Source: Eledone cirrhosa
Taxonomy: Eukaryota
Direction: 5' to 3'
Length of the DNA: 64,000 bases
Assembly (NCBI GenBank): GCA_964016885.1
Contig: OZ024750.1
Coordinates: forward strand, 124,001-188,000
A program made the position numbers and the translations under genes. The notes below the pieces were generated by a model. The model saw only the letters and a program-made list of their open reading frames with translations. It searched no databases and was not told the DNA's origin. Each line of letters begins with the position of its first letter. Position 1 is the stretch's first letter. Shown in pieces: positions 24,787 through 38,800 of this stretch.

Positions 24787-25508
24787 CGAAGGAAATGTGG
24801 TAAGGAACCAGGTGGACCATAACGCACCAAAGTACTCAATACTTGAGGTAGTAGAGTGGGTAATAGGAACCAGTAAGACCCCGACAGCTGAGCTCAAGCC
24901 GTTTCGACGGCTAATTCTGGACGCTGAGTCCAGAATTAGCCGTCGAAACGGCTTGAGCTCAGCTGTCGGGGTCTTACTGGTTCCTATATATATATATATA
25001 TATATAGAAAATTGAGGTTGGTAATGGCACATGGAATATATAAGAGACAGAATACTTTTTTGTGAAAAAACATATAATTTTATAAGGTAAGGAAATAATA
25101 AAGGGTATAAAAAATGACCGGTTTCGATGGGTCTGCAAAAGCCATCTTTTCAAATGTTGATTAATATTAAGAAAAATTAATAAGAAGAGTTAAAATTTGA
25201 GATTTGAAAATTCAAGTATAAAATTCATTGTGGGATTTCATAGTAGTTTTCATCTTGGTAGCAGCTGGTTGACTGCTTCTGGTAGTGAATGAGAAGTTAT
25301 TTGGGGGTGTGGGTTATTTTATAAAGGTCAAATTTAGCAATGGCCAGATGGCCAGCTGCTGGTCAGTGAGGGGGTGGAAGCAATATACATACATATATCT
25401 TCCTGTGCTCGGTAGGAGAGGGGAGATTGATAGAAAGGGATTTAGTGCACTTACACCTATATATACACACATACCTTCATCCACACATACATACATATAC
25501 ATATACAT

Positions 25509-25565
<57 letters not shown>

Positions 25566-25630
25566 CACACATACATACACACACACACATACATATACAT
25601 ACACACACACATATATGCACATACACACAC

Positions 25631-25661
<31 letters not shown>

Positions 25662-28600
25662 TATATATACATACACATACATCCAGATACATATATTATA
25701 TATATATAATATATATATATTATATATATATTATATATATATATAATATATATATATTATATATATATATATATATATTATATATAGTATATTTATTCAT
25801 TTATTTCAATAGCAACTACAAGACATTCTTGGAGAAGTCTCCTATCAGAATTGGACACAGATACAAGAAAGTCATCTATAAGGAGTATACAGACTTCACA
25901 TTTACAACAGAAATAAAGAAGCCTGAATCACTAGGTATTTTGGGACCTATTATAAGTGGATCTGTTGGAGAAACACTTTGTGTTCATTTCCGTAACACTG
26001 CCAGTCGACCTTACAGTATTCATCCTCATGGTATTTTCTACACAAAAGATAATGAAGGTGAGTTAATTTGAAAATCTTATTACTCTTTTTGAATAAAAAA
26101 ACAAAATAGTCACAATGTTCAGAATGGACTTCTGTTTAACTCTTTAGTATTTAAACCAGTTGTATCCAGCTAGAATTCTTTCACCTCACTCTGATCAAAC
26201 TCTTTTTGAATAAAAAAACAAAATAGTCACAATGTTCAGAATGGACTTCTGTTTAACTCTTTAGTATTTAAACCAGTTGTATCCAGCTAGAACTCTTTCA
26301 CCTCACTCTGATCAAACCAGTGGTAATAACCGCCGAATCATACTGATGGTGTTAAGATATTGTTCTCCAAATAAATAATATCAAAATCTTATAGATATTA
26401 TGTGAGGTAATTATGTGAGATAAAGAGTTTACCATGAAAATACAGTAGTAAATATTGAGCAATGTAAATGCTAAAGGGTTAATAGATTCATGTATATCAG
26501 TTGATATTTATAGAATAATGTTTTATGTATAGTGGGTTGTGTAGTTGTTGTAGTTGTGGTTGTGTAGCATTTCAGGGCAATGTTAGGTAAATGAGAAAGA
26601 AGAGATTGGGTGAGAGAGAGATGTGAGGTAGGGGGAGTGGGGTGAGAGAGAGATGTGAGGTAGGGGGAGTCCGGGTGAGTAAGAGAGATGTGTGGTAGGG
26701 GGAGTGGGGGGAGTAAGAGTGATGTGAGGTAGGGGGGGTGGGGTGAGAAGAGCTGAAAAAATTGGAACTAAGTAAACAAGATAATACTTATTTAAAACTT
26801 TGTTTTGTTTTATTGTTGGTTTAGGTGAAAATAGGTGTGTATGTGGAGGTTGGAGGAGGGGGAGTGGGGGAGGATGGAGTGGACATGAAATATTGAAAAG
26901 AAACAACCAACAGAAATCAAAGAAAAAGTAGCACATTGAAAACTATAAGCAGGAGGGTAAGGGTGAGGATTATTAAGGAACAAAAGAAAGGGGGAAGGGG
27001 AGGGGGTGACAGACTCTACACCTAAGTCAAAGTGGTGTTTCAGCTTGGTCTTGTGGACAAAATGACAAAGGCATTGCCATGGACAATGGCCAGAATTAAA
27101 AATAGTAGAATTACCATGAATGGGCACAATGTTGCAGACTATGAACATATGAGTGAATTTGGTATATATATATCATAGGAAGCTTGTCATGTGTATATGT
27201 GTAGTTGCACTGCCTCAGCAGTTTGTGTATCAAATCCTGTAGTTGTCAACTTTGCCTCTGATCCTTTTGAGGTTGATAAAATAGAATGGCAATCAAATAC
27301 TGGGGCCAATTCTTTGTTTATATCTCTTTCTTATTTCCTCTCTTTCACTCCCTATCCTTCTCTGGAATAAATTGGCTGTGTTCAGACATGGAGAGGAGAT
27401 AGGCTCTGCCAGGTTTTAAAAAAACCCAAGAAACATGTCACTGTGACCCACAACCACAACTTCAGGAGATACCAGTACATATATACATACAAAATAGCAT
27501 ATGTTTACTTCCTCAAGTTCATAAAATACAGGTTTTAACGAGAATAATTTTTAATAAGGAAAATAATAATTTTCAAATACAACAGTCATAAGAAACAAGT
27601 TTTCAGTTAAATGTATTGTAGAAATAGTGTTATGCATATGTACTCTCAGGTCTCCAATACCCCCCCCCCCCCCCCCCCCCCCCCCCGCTTATTAAATTTG
27701 GCTAATCTATCTCCTGCAAAATTTTATTGTAAGTGATTCATATTGATAGAGCAGCTGGATAATCTAATAATTATTTTATTTTACATTAAAAAACATGACA
27801 AGAAAAGAACATTACAAAAAATCCCATATTTACAAACTTACACTATACAATTACCGATTTCACAACACCCGTTACCCCCTCCCCCCTCACACACACACTT
27901 ATAAGGATTTAAGCAAGTGTCCAGTCCACCCCACCCCAATATTATTTCAGACCTAAGAGTACTTGTAGTAAAGTTCTTTTGGATTACATGTATAATGTGA
28001 CCTGAAAATTTGAAATAAGAAAAATGAAACTGATATGTTTGTAGTGCAGTAACCTGGCAGAATGAAGACATGTCTTGTTCAACTGAAATGTGTGTTGTAT
28101 TAAGACTTAGCTGAATAAGAATATACTACAATGTGTTCCTTTTGTTAATACTTTGGTTAAAAATTGCCAAAGAAAGAGGAAGAGTATAAAACAGTGGTGA
28201 ATAACCAACACCCTGATTGCATGAGCATTGATACATATATGTATGGTCCCGAGGAAGTTGTAGGGGTGCCATATTGATATAGAGCATTTCTAGAACATTT
28301 TAAAACCTGGTGGAGCCCATCTCCTTCTCTCCAGATTTAAATACAACAAATTTCTTCCAGAGAAAGAATGGGAGTGAGAAAGAGATATAGAGGAAGAATC
28401 AACCTCAGTACTTGGCTGGTACTTTTCTACCGACCTTGAATAGATGAAAGACAAAGTTGACCTCGGTGGGATTTGAACTCAGAGAGCTGAAACAAATACT
28501 GCAAAGCACTCTATCCGCTGTTCTAATAACTCTGCCAATTTGTTGCCTACATACATACAAACGTTTTTAGAAACAATAATTTTTATTATTTTTTATTGTT

Positions 28601-31600
28601 ACCTGATTAATGTTAAGAGCCATCCTCAGCATTCTCGTGTAGCACCCATCCACCAGCTGAGTGAGTTTCTTGGTCAGTGTCCAAGTCTCAGACCCGTACA
28701 GCAGCACAGACTCCACTATGGCAATCAAGTATACACTGAGGATGAAAAACTCAGAGCTGTATGGGAGCCTCCCAAAAGTCAGCTCAAAAGTAATACAGAG
28801 GAGACTGAGGTTCACTGGACATGCTCACCGACATCCAGAGTTGACATTGCACTCAGTGCTCCTGTGGGAGCCCCTACATGGACACACTGGAAGAGGAAGA
28901 CCAAGGTTAACGTATGTTGATGCCCTAAGGACAGACACTGGTCTGTTGGAGACGCAGGATATGGCAGCGATAATGAGGGACAGACACCGCTGGAGAGAAC
29001 TCGCCCATGGATCTCGGGAATTTTACCCACCCTAGATATTGTTACCTTCGCATTAAAAAAAAAAAAAAATTAATTCTCTACTTACAGGAGCATTATATCG
29101 AGATGAGACAAAGAAATCTATGAAAGCTGATGACTCTGTTGCACCGAATACTGTTTTCAATTATACATGGATAATAGAACCATTTGATGGTCCAACTAAA
29201 GATGATGCTGATTGTCTCCCTTGGATGTATCACTCTCACATAGAGCCTGTCAAAGATATGAATGCTGGCCTTATGGGGATGTTGATTCTCTGTAAAGCAG
29301 GTAAAGAATAAGTTTTTTATTTGTTGATATTGTTATCATTATCATCATTATCATCCTCTACTTTCCATGCTTGCATGGGTTAGACAGATTGTTACATTCT
29401 GAGACCAGACAGGTCAAGTGACTTTGACTCGCTCATATGTTCCATTCTTGCATGGTTTCTATGGCTGGATGCCCTTCCTAACGCCAGCATTTCCTGGCAT
29501 GTACCAGGTGTGTTTTATCGCAGCACTGTCACTCCCACCTAAGAGGGTGAAATATGTATTTTATCATGGCATCAGCACTACCATTTTACAGAGTGAGCTT
29601 TGTGTATTTTATTGTGACATCAGCAGTATCACTAATTAACACGAGAGCACTTATTGTGTCTTTCTCTTCGTCCAGCTGCAAATGCAGTGATAAGAGTAGG
29701 GAAGAAAACATAAATGTTGCTTGCTAAAGAAAGAGTATGAGAGGCAGATGGCCTTAACCCTTTAGTTACTAGCCTGGCCAAAACTAGCTCTGGTTCTATG
29801 AAATAAATCCACCCACTTTAAAGGGTTCTAGTCAAATAAAAATCTTCCAGCATAATTTTCATATAAGAACCTTATATTAACTTACTATTTTAGTAATGAA
29901 ATAATTAATAATTTTAGTAACTCCTTCAAATTCTTCATTAAAATAGTATTTAATTAAAAATGCAATCATGAAAGGATTAATGAGAGTGAGAGGTATCGTG
30001 ATATCCTCTAACAAGCTAGGAAGGCATTGATGAGAGAGTGGGAAGCTATAAATTCCTTGTAAATTCTATTTTTAAAGATCTCAGCATCCATTCCATACTG
30101 GATACAGTTGGGACACATACAGCTTGGTAAATAACAGGAAATATCTAGTTAATATGATATTACTAATGCTAAACTGTGTCTTTGGTAACATGATTCTTTA
30201 CTATCAATCAAGGAGGGAGTTTTGTACTCTCAGTTGCTTAATGCCAAGTAAACCAGCATAACCACCAACCTAATGAACCTCTGAGATTGAGATAGACTTT
30301 AGACCTACTGGTTGCTTCCTGAAACCCTTATGACAGTGACACCTTAATTACAACTCAATTTTTCCTTTCTTACAGGTAAAAAATACAATGGAGAAAACAC
30401 CCAACACCTGTTAATGAAAGTTATGGATGAAAATTTGAGCTGGTATCTTGATGATAACATGAAGACTTTCTTAACAAAGAAAGTTGACTCAGAAGATGAA
30501 GATTTTCAAGAGAGCAACAAAATGCATTCCATAAACGGTCTTATGTATGGTAACTTGAAGTTGACAGCCTGTGTCAGTGACAAAGTAAGCTGGTATTTGA
30601 TGGGAATGGGAAATGAAGTGGACATTCATACACTTAATGTTAATGGTCATTCCTTTGAATATGACCACCACAGGTAAGATTATTTTTCTTTTTCAATTGA
30701 CAAGATCCCCCAGATCTCACTTACTGAGTGGGGTGAGCTAGTTAAATCAGACCAGGAAAACAATGTTTCCATTGGTGATACTATCTACCTGTCGCAACTC
30801 CTAGCAGAAAGAGCAATATTAAATAAAGTGTCTTGTTCAAGGACATAACACATCATCCTGTCCAGAAATCAAACTCATAATCTCACAATTGCAAATCCAA
30901 TTCCCTAACCACTAAGCCATGTGCCTTCATATTTGATTTTTACTCTTGTCAATTTACCCTGCTGATAGATGAGGTACTTGAAATATTTTCGAGCTCAGCT
31001 ACGATTGACCCCCAAAACTCTGATTTCAAGGTGTTCATTTTGTAATGAAGTTATTGCTCTACAGGTGACATTCTTCATTCTAATTATAAGTTGAATCAAA
31101 ACTGGTGGAACCAGAACCCTTCCAATTTCAAGGTTAATTAAAATGAATTTAAGCAGTATAATTTGGCTGTATAAATATGTATTACATTGGCATGTGGACA
31201 GTGTTGGATTAACTGTTAAACAAAATAAGCACATTTTAGAGGGGAAAACTTCATATATGGGTTGTAAGTGGATGGGGCACCATAATCTTAGGGCTTCTAA
31301 AGAATTTGGACATCACCACCATCATCACTGTTTAACCTCTATTTTACATGCTTGCGTAGGTTAGACAACTGCCATGTGCTGAAACCAAACTGGTCAGGGG
31401 ACTTAATCCCATTAGTACACTTCCTTTTGGCTGGTCTCTATTGCTGGATGCCCTTCCTAACACCAACTACTTTACAGCGTGTACTGGTGTATTTTCTTGT
31501 GACACCAGCATTATCACCTTACAAGGTGGACTGGGTGCTTTTTGTTGTGACACTAGCAGTACCTCATTATAACACTAAGGAGCTCACTGTCGTTGGTCTG

Positions 31601-32856
31601 GCTGAAGAAGTAACAGATTTGTAAATCAGTGTTTTATTTTATTTTTCATTTTATTCTGATTTTGGGGGGGAGGGGAGGGGGTTATTGATTCATTCTAAAA
31701 TCAATCTAATTTCAAAATATTGATATATTTTTGCTGAGAAGACATTGTTTTATTTTTCTGTACAAAGGAAAGATTCACTCAACCTGTATCCAGCTCAATT
31801 CATAGTTGCAACAATGAAAATTAAAGAGGCAGGATCGTGGTTGGTCAAATGTCATGTACATGACCATTATGAAGGTAAAGTATTTTTTAGAGATAAATAG
31901 ATTTTATTCACAGTTGTATAAATAACATTACAAACTGGTTATAATTTTTACAGAATGAAAATATAAACACAAAAATATATACAATTAATTATTACTAGGA
32001 ACTTTATAGATATAGTACACAAAAATATATAATCAAAGTGAGAGAAAAATAAAACACCCCCAAAAAACCATCAACTCAACACTGTGTCAATCAATTGGCC
32101 GTTGGAAATTTTTGAGGTAAGCTAACATGCTCACAGCATTACTACGGGTGATGGCGAGGCTAAGGCACTGAAACAACCAAGCACCCTCACATGTATCACC
32201 TGACACCTCGGCAAGTCATTAACAATGACAAGAACTTTATTGTCAATGGCCTAGCTCCACCAAACGCCTCGAATGTCACAAGTTGCAAAAAATAATAATT
32301 TGATTATTCCCAGTATAAATGTTTTCTGATATTATTTATTATAATAAAGTATAATAAAAATAAAGTACCAGTAATGCACTGGGTAATTGCTGGCCTTGTG
32401 CCTAAAGTAGAAACAATTATTTATTATAAAAAATACTGTTATGTATGAAAGCTACTGCAATGTCAATTGGATTGTAAATATCAAACATATGACAACAAGG
32501 ATGTTGCAATTCTTTAACCCTTTAACATTTGCATTACTGCACATGGCTTAGTGGTTAGAGCATTGGCCTTGCAATCGAAAGGTTGTGAGTTCAATTCTCA
32601 GACCGGGTGATGTGTTGTTTCCTTGAGCAAGACACTCTATTTCACATTGCTCCAGTTTACTCAGCTGTAGAAATGAGATGATAGGGACTGGGGTCCCTAT
32701 CATTCCACTGCAAAGTGGTCGTGGAGGTGCCATGGCAAAAAAGCACCCAGCACTCACTGTGAATGAGGTTGGTGTTAAGAAGGGCATCCAGCTGTAGAAA
32801 GCAAGCCAGAATCAGTTCCTGTCCCACCCTTGCAAGCAGGGAAAAGCGGACGTTAA

Positions 32857-32887
<31 letters not shown>

Positions 32888-35800
32888 CTCTATATTTACT
32901 ATTGTATTTTCATGGTAAAGACTTTATCTCACATAATATCGAATCTATGAGATTTTAATGTTATTTATTTTGAGGAGAATAACTTAACATCAGTATGAGG
33001 GGCTAGTTTGAACAGAAAGAGGTGAAAGAATTCTGGTCAGATACAGCCGGTTTAAATGCTAAAGGGTTAAAGGTCATTATATTTGGGAATAAAATCTCTT
33101 CTTCAAATGATTACATACACAGAATCCTCATTAATATCATTTAACTTCCATTTCCCCTGTTAGCAAGGGTTGGATAGGTCATCACAGACCAAGTCAGTAC
33201 TTAAGCGGAGCTACTGACCTCGGAGACGGGCCAGGGGTCCTTCATTTCACTTACATACAATTCTGCACACTCTCTCTATATAACCCCCCCCCCCCCCTAC
33301 AAACATGAAGCTTCAGAGGTTCTGGCTAAATTTCCCAAGGCTAGTTGCACTATACACACATTTCTCTCTCTCACACATCCCTCCCTCTCATACACTTTAC
33401 TTCTTTAATTTAAATATATAACTATCTTAATTATTGGTTTAACTATTTTAACTATTTTTATTGATCTTATTTATTGATTTTTAAAAATGTTGTTTGGATA
33501 CTTTTTATTGCTGTTAGTTTTAAATCAAATAATTTAGTGAGGTGAGTGGGGGTGAGGGTTTAAAACTAGGAAGTCATCAACTATGAACTTAACACACTAA
33601 TGAAGATTTTATTTGTAGGTGGTATGGAGACCCTGTTGAAAGTGAAGTACTGTAAAAGTAAAATGCACAACGGTGATGATAGCAAAAACTATAAAATTGT
33701 AAAATACTTTATTGCTGCTGAAGAAGTAGAATGGAGTTACTCACAAAGTGGCAAGAATCTCTTTAATGGTGGATCTCTCACAGAACCAGACAGGTGAGAA
33801 TCATCAGCATTCTCATCATCATTGTTGTCATTGTCATTGCTATCATCAGCAGCATCATCACCATCCTTGCTGTTGTCATCATCATCATCGTTGTTGTTCT
33901 CATGAAAATGCACCCTGTACACTCTGTAAAGTGGTTGGTGATAGGAAGGGCATCCAGCCATAGAAAACTTGCCAAACAAAGGGTCAGGGTGATGAGGAGC
34001 AGGAGGAGGATGGGGTGGAGAATGATGATGATGATGATAAGGATATACTTTTTACCTTTACCAAAAGTTTCTTCAGATTTTCAGAATATTTCTTATCCTG
34101 CCATTTGTTCAACAGTGCTTCTGTTGATAGTTTCACCTATTTTCATTTTTATTAAATCCAAATTGGTGGGTCCTATGGAGCATTGAAAAGTGCTCACAGC
34201 CCCGGACAACTGAACAACAACAGCTTAATTGATACGATGAAACCAATTAGAATTCCATCCAAAAACTGATTTAACCCTGTACATTTACATTACTCTATAT
34301 AATAATAATAATAATGAAATTATTGTGTAAAGTGCTCAGGTGCACTACAACTCGTCAATATAGTACATAGAATAATACACAAATGTCAGGGAAGTACATG
34401 TTTGTATGTGTTAGCTGTAGTGTTGGCGGATCTCGGGAAGCATGGAGGCCTTAAAGGATGCAGTGTCTCGACAGCTAACAACTGATGCAGGTAGTTTGTT
34501 CCATGCTTCAGCAACTCTGAGCGTGAAAAAATGTTTCCGAAAGTCATGGGAACTGTGCTGTTTTCTTACTTTGTGGGCATGTCCACGTGTGTTAGACACA
34601 TGGAAATCGAAAAGGCACTCAGGGTTGTTGTTGGCAACATGGTTAACAATTTTGTGGGTGTTTACCAAGTCAGTTGCCAGGCGTCGGAGCTTCAATGAAT
34701 CCATGCCCAGGGAAGCAAGGCACTCAGAGTATGGTAGATGCCTGATGGAGGGTATTCGCTTGGTTGCACGTCTCTGAACAGTTTCCAGGCGGTCAATGTC
34801 CTGAGCAAGATAGGGGTTCCAGACTGGTGATGCAAATTCTAAGTGTGGTCGCACCATAGCTGTATACAGCCTTAAATAGATATCTGGAGAGCGGCTGACA
34901 AAGGTCTTGCTGAGTGATGCTAAGACACCCTCGGCCCTCTTGACAATTTTAGAGACGTGCCTCGTCCAACGCAAATCGCTGCTGACCGTAATGCCCAGGT
35001 CACGTTCACAGGAAGACTTCTTGATATTAGTGCTGTGGAGGGAGTATGTGGACGCTGGGTTTTTACTCCCAAAATGCATGGTGGTGCACTTGTCCACAGC
35101 TAGCTTGAGTTGCCAGTCTGAGATCCACTGTTGCATTGTGTCCAGGTCAGACTGCAAGCAAGATCTATAATGTTCAGGATCTGTCCTTTTTATCTCAAGG
35201 TACAGCTTGATGTCGTCTGCATACTTTAGTACTGTGGCATTCCTTAAGTTGGCATCTATGTCATTAATATATGCCACAAACAAAAGGGGGCCAAGAACAG
35301 ATCCCTGAGGTACACCAGATGACATCTCATATGGTGAGGAATGCTGTCCCAGAACCGTGACTACCTCTCTTCGACTGAGAATGAAGGACTTCAACCAGTT
35401 AAAAAGATCATCCTTCACACCCATTGCAGAGAGTTTTGCCATAAGCCTTTTGTGTGGCACAGAATTGAAGGCCTTCGCAAAGTCAAGGTAAACAACATCC
35501 ACCCATGAGCCGCCATCAGTGATCCGGGTGATGTCCTCAAGAAACTCTATAAGTTGATCACAGCAGCTGGAGTTGGGGATAAATCCAAATTGCGAGGGCC
35601 GGATAAGACTGTGAGAGCTCCAGAAGTTCCAAAGTGTTTCTCTGACACAGGATTCCATCAGTTTGGCGATGCAACTAGTAAGACTGACTGGACGATAGTT
35701 CACAGGTGATGTGCGGTCACCCTTTTTGAACAGAGGAATGACACTGGCAGTTTTCCACTGTTCTGGAGTAGCACTGTTGTTCAGACAGAATTGGAAGAAG

Positions 35801-38800
35801 CGTGATAACTGGTGTAGAAGGAAGTACCCACCACGTTTAAGAAGCAGGTATGTAACACCATCAAGACCAGGAGAGGCATGGTTGCGTTTATTTTTTAGGT
35901 GACGTCGCAGCATTGCAGGTGTATATTTACTATTGTATTTTCATGGTAAAGGCTTTATCTTACATAATTATCTCACATAATATCGAATCTATGAGACTTT
36001 GATATTATTTATTTTGAGAACAATAACTTAGCATATGTGTGGCTGGTTACGGCTGATTTGAACAGAAAAAGGTGAGAGAATTCTGGCTCGATACTGCCGG
36101 TTTAAATGTTAAGATTTAAAAAAAAAATTATTTTCTTTTTTTCAGTGATTCAGAAGTATTTTTCAAAAGAGGGCCTCATAGAATTGGAGGAAAATACATC
36201 AAAGCTATCTATCGTCAATACACTGACAAACATTTTACGACACTAGTAAAAAGAAAACCATGGGAAAAACACCTCGGTTCATTAGGGCCAGTGATTCGAG
36301 CTATGGAAGGAGAAATAATCAAAGTTGTTTTCTTTAATAATGCATCACGGAATTATTCCATTCATCCATATGGTGTAGAGTATGACAAATTTGATGAGGG
36401 AGCTTCCTATACTGATGGGGAGGAAAAGGGTAAGGAGTTGTTTTTTTTTGTTTTGTTTTGTTTTTTTAGTTGGTTCTGTTTTGTTTTAATTTTTAAAATA
36501 ATTTTCTTACAAATGACGACGATGGTGTCCCTCGTCCCCTAAGACCATCTATTTCACTTAATGTACAGTCTTCATTTTATCATGGTACCAACACTAGAAA
36601 GGTTGTCATGTCCTATACAAGAGTTCTCTCTAGCTTATTTTGTATAATTTCAATTGTCAATCTCATTTTATCACATTATACTGATGACAGTGAAATGATA
36701 GAATGCTTTGCTGTATTCTTTTATGCTTTTTGTGCTGTCTGAGTTTAAATCCCACCGAGATTAACTTTGTCTATCATCCTTTCGAGAGTGATAAAAAAAA
36801 AACCAGTCAAGTACTAGGGTCGATTCTTTCTCTATATCTTTTTCTCACTTCCATTGTCTCACTCTCTACATCCTTCTCTGGAAGAAATCTGCTTGGTTTC
36901 TTTGGTTGGATGTCCTTCCTAACACCAAGCACATTTTCAGTGTAGACTGGGCACTTTTTGTTGAATATGAAGATTTTATTGAAGTGGTGCTATACTCCAA
37001 CTTTGAGCAGGACAATAAATGATTCTTAATCTCTTTGCCTAACTCTTTTTTATTGAGAGAATTTATATATACGAATTAGCTGATATAGATGGAGGAGTTT
37101 AGGGGCATTTTACTTTTTTATAAAAATGTAAGAAATTGGGTTGTATATTTAAAAATTAAAAAGGGGAAATAACACTACTATAGAATATATATGGATTCAT
37201 AAGTCTAGATGGAGTTGTAGGGGTACTGTAGTCATATATGTCTTGGCCATTTTAAATATGGCAGTGCCCATCTCTTCTCTGGGTTTGAACACAGCCAATT
37301 TCTTCAAGAGGAGAGAGAGAGTGATTGAGAGGAAGTGAGAAAGAGGTTGGATAGCCACCTTTTTTTTTCGACCTCAAAAGGATGAAAGGCAAAGTTAACC
37401 CCAGTGAGTTTTGATCTTAAAACAGAGGGAATGAGAACAAATACTACAAAACATTCTAGCGAATGCCAATTCACTGCCTAATCTAGAATAACTAATATAA
37501 ATTTGAATCCACTAAATTTGTTTTAATTTGTCAGGTTCAAGTTGAAATAATAAAATCATCATTTTATCATTACATTATCCTATTGTAGGAATAGTTCCAC
37601 CAAAGCACCAGAAAACTTACTATTGGTTTGTAACAAAAAACATGGCACCTCTTAAAACTGATCCTGACTGCTTGACAAGAATGTATGCTTCAGAAGTAAA
37701 CACCATGAAAGACACATACTCCGGCCTTGTTGGTCCATTACTTATATGTAAAAGAGGTAGTCTTGACAAGAATAGAAAACTGGTAAGAAAATATTCTTTG
37801 TAATTGATATATTTTGACTTCTGTAATAAAATTATCAACATTTTCTCTTATTTAATGGCCTAAAAATGGCTGGTTTCTTGGGTAAAGTAGCTACAATATC
37901 ATCATCATTTTACGTCCACTTTTCCCTGCTTGCAAGGGTGGGACGGCTCTTATTCAGCACAGCATCTCTCTACTTGTCACGGTCCTTCGTCATCTCCACC
38001 ATGAGCTTCAGTGATCTGAGGTCTGTTCTCACCACCTCCGCCCATGTTTTTCGTGGTCTACCTCTACCACGTCTTCCTTCAACTGGCATTTCCTGGCACT
38101 TCTTCACCCATCGGTCATCCTCCATACGCATCACATGTCCGTACCACCACAGTCTCCTCTCTTGCACACTACATTCTATCCTTCTCAGACACAGTTTCTC
38201 TCTCAACACATCTATGCTGGGTCATTCACGTACATTGACATTGCGCATCTAACGGAGCATGCTTGCCTCATTTCTTTCCAGCCGTCGCGTATCCTCTGCA
38301 GTTGCTGCCCAAGTCTCACTACCATGCAGCATTGCGCTCCTCACCCAGGCATCATATAACAGGCCTTTTGTAAGCAGGTAGAAACCCTTCTTCGTCAGCA
38401 GAGGAAGCAGCTCCCTAAACTTCTTCCAACCCGTCCTTATTCTAGATACTATGGCCTCGGAGCATCCCCCTCCCATGCTAATCTGACCTCCTAGGTACCG
38501 GAAGCTATCCACCACTTCTATAGCACCCGCCTGCATTTGAAAAATGTGTCTATCAATGCGACTTCTACTGTCTAATTTCCCTGTACACCTTCTGCATACG
38601 TATTTCTCCCTACCTGTTAGTTTGCCTGCTATCCCACTACATCTCTTGTGTACCCAGGATCTGCATTGTGTGCATTTTATAGAATTTATGCCAGTTCCTT
38701 TTCTGCATATCAAACATGGCCATTTCCCTGACGGAATCAGAGTTTTGTCCTCTTTTCTACCCATCAATACTTTTGTCTTAGCTAGGTTCACTCTCAGTCC

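Noticed and set aside
24797-25032. Mirror ORFs encoding near-identical peptides on both strands (also 62667-63143)
   Set aside because: A consequence of the DNA palindromes, not bidirectional coding.
32539-32610. Possible functional tRNA gene
   Set aside because: It is the head of a SINE that continues into body and RTE tail; no complete cloverleaf.
33748-34186. His-, Met- or Ile-rich ORFs (also 43155, 46198-46440, 60900-61215) that look metal-binding
   Set aside because: Intronic (CAT)n/(GAT)n/(CAC)n repeats just beyond splice donors; not part of the spliced frames.
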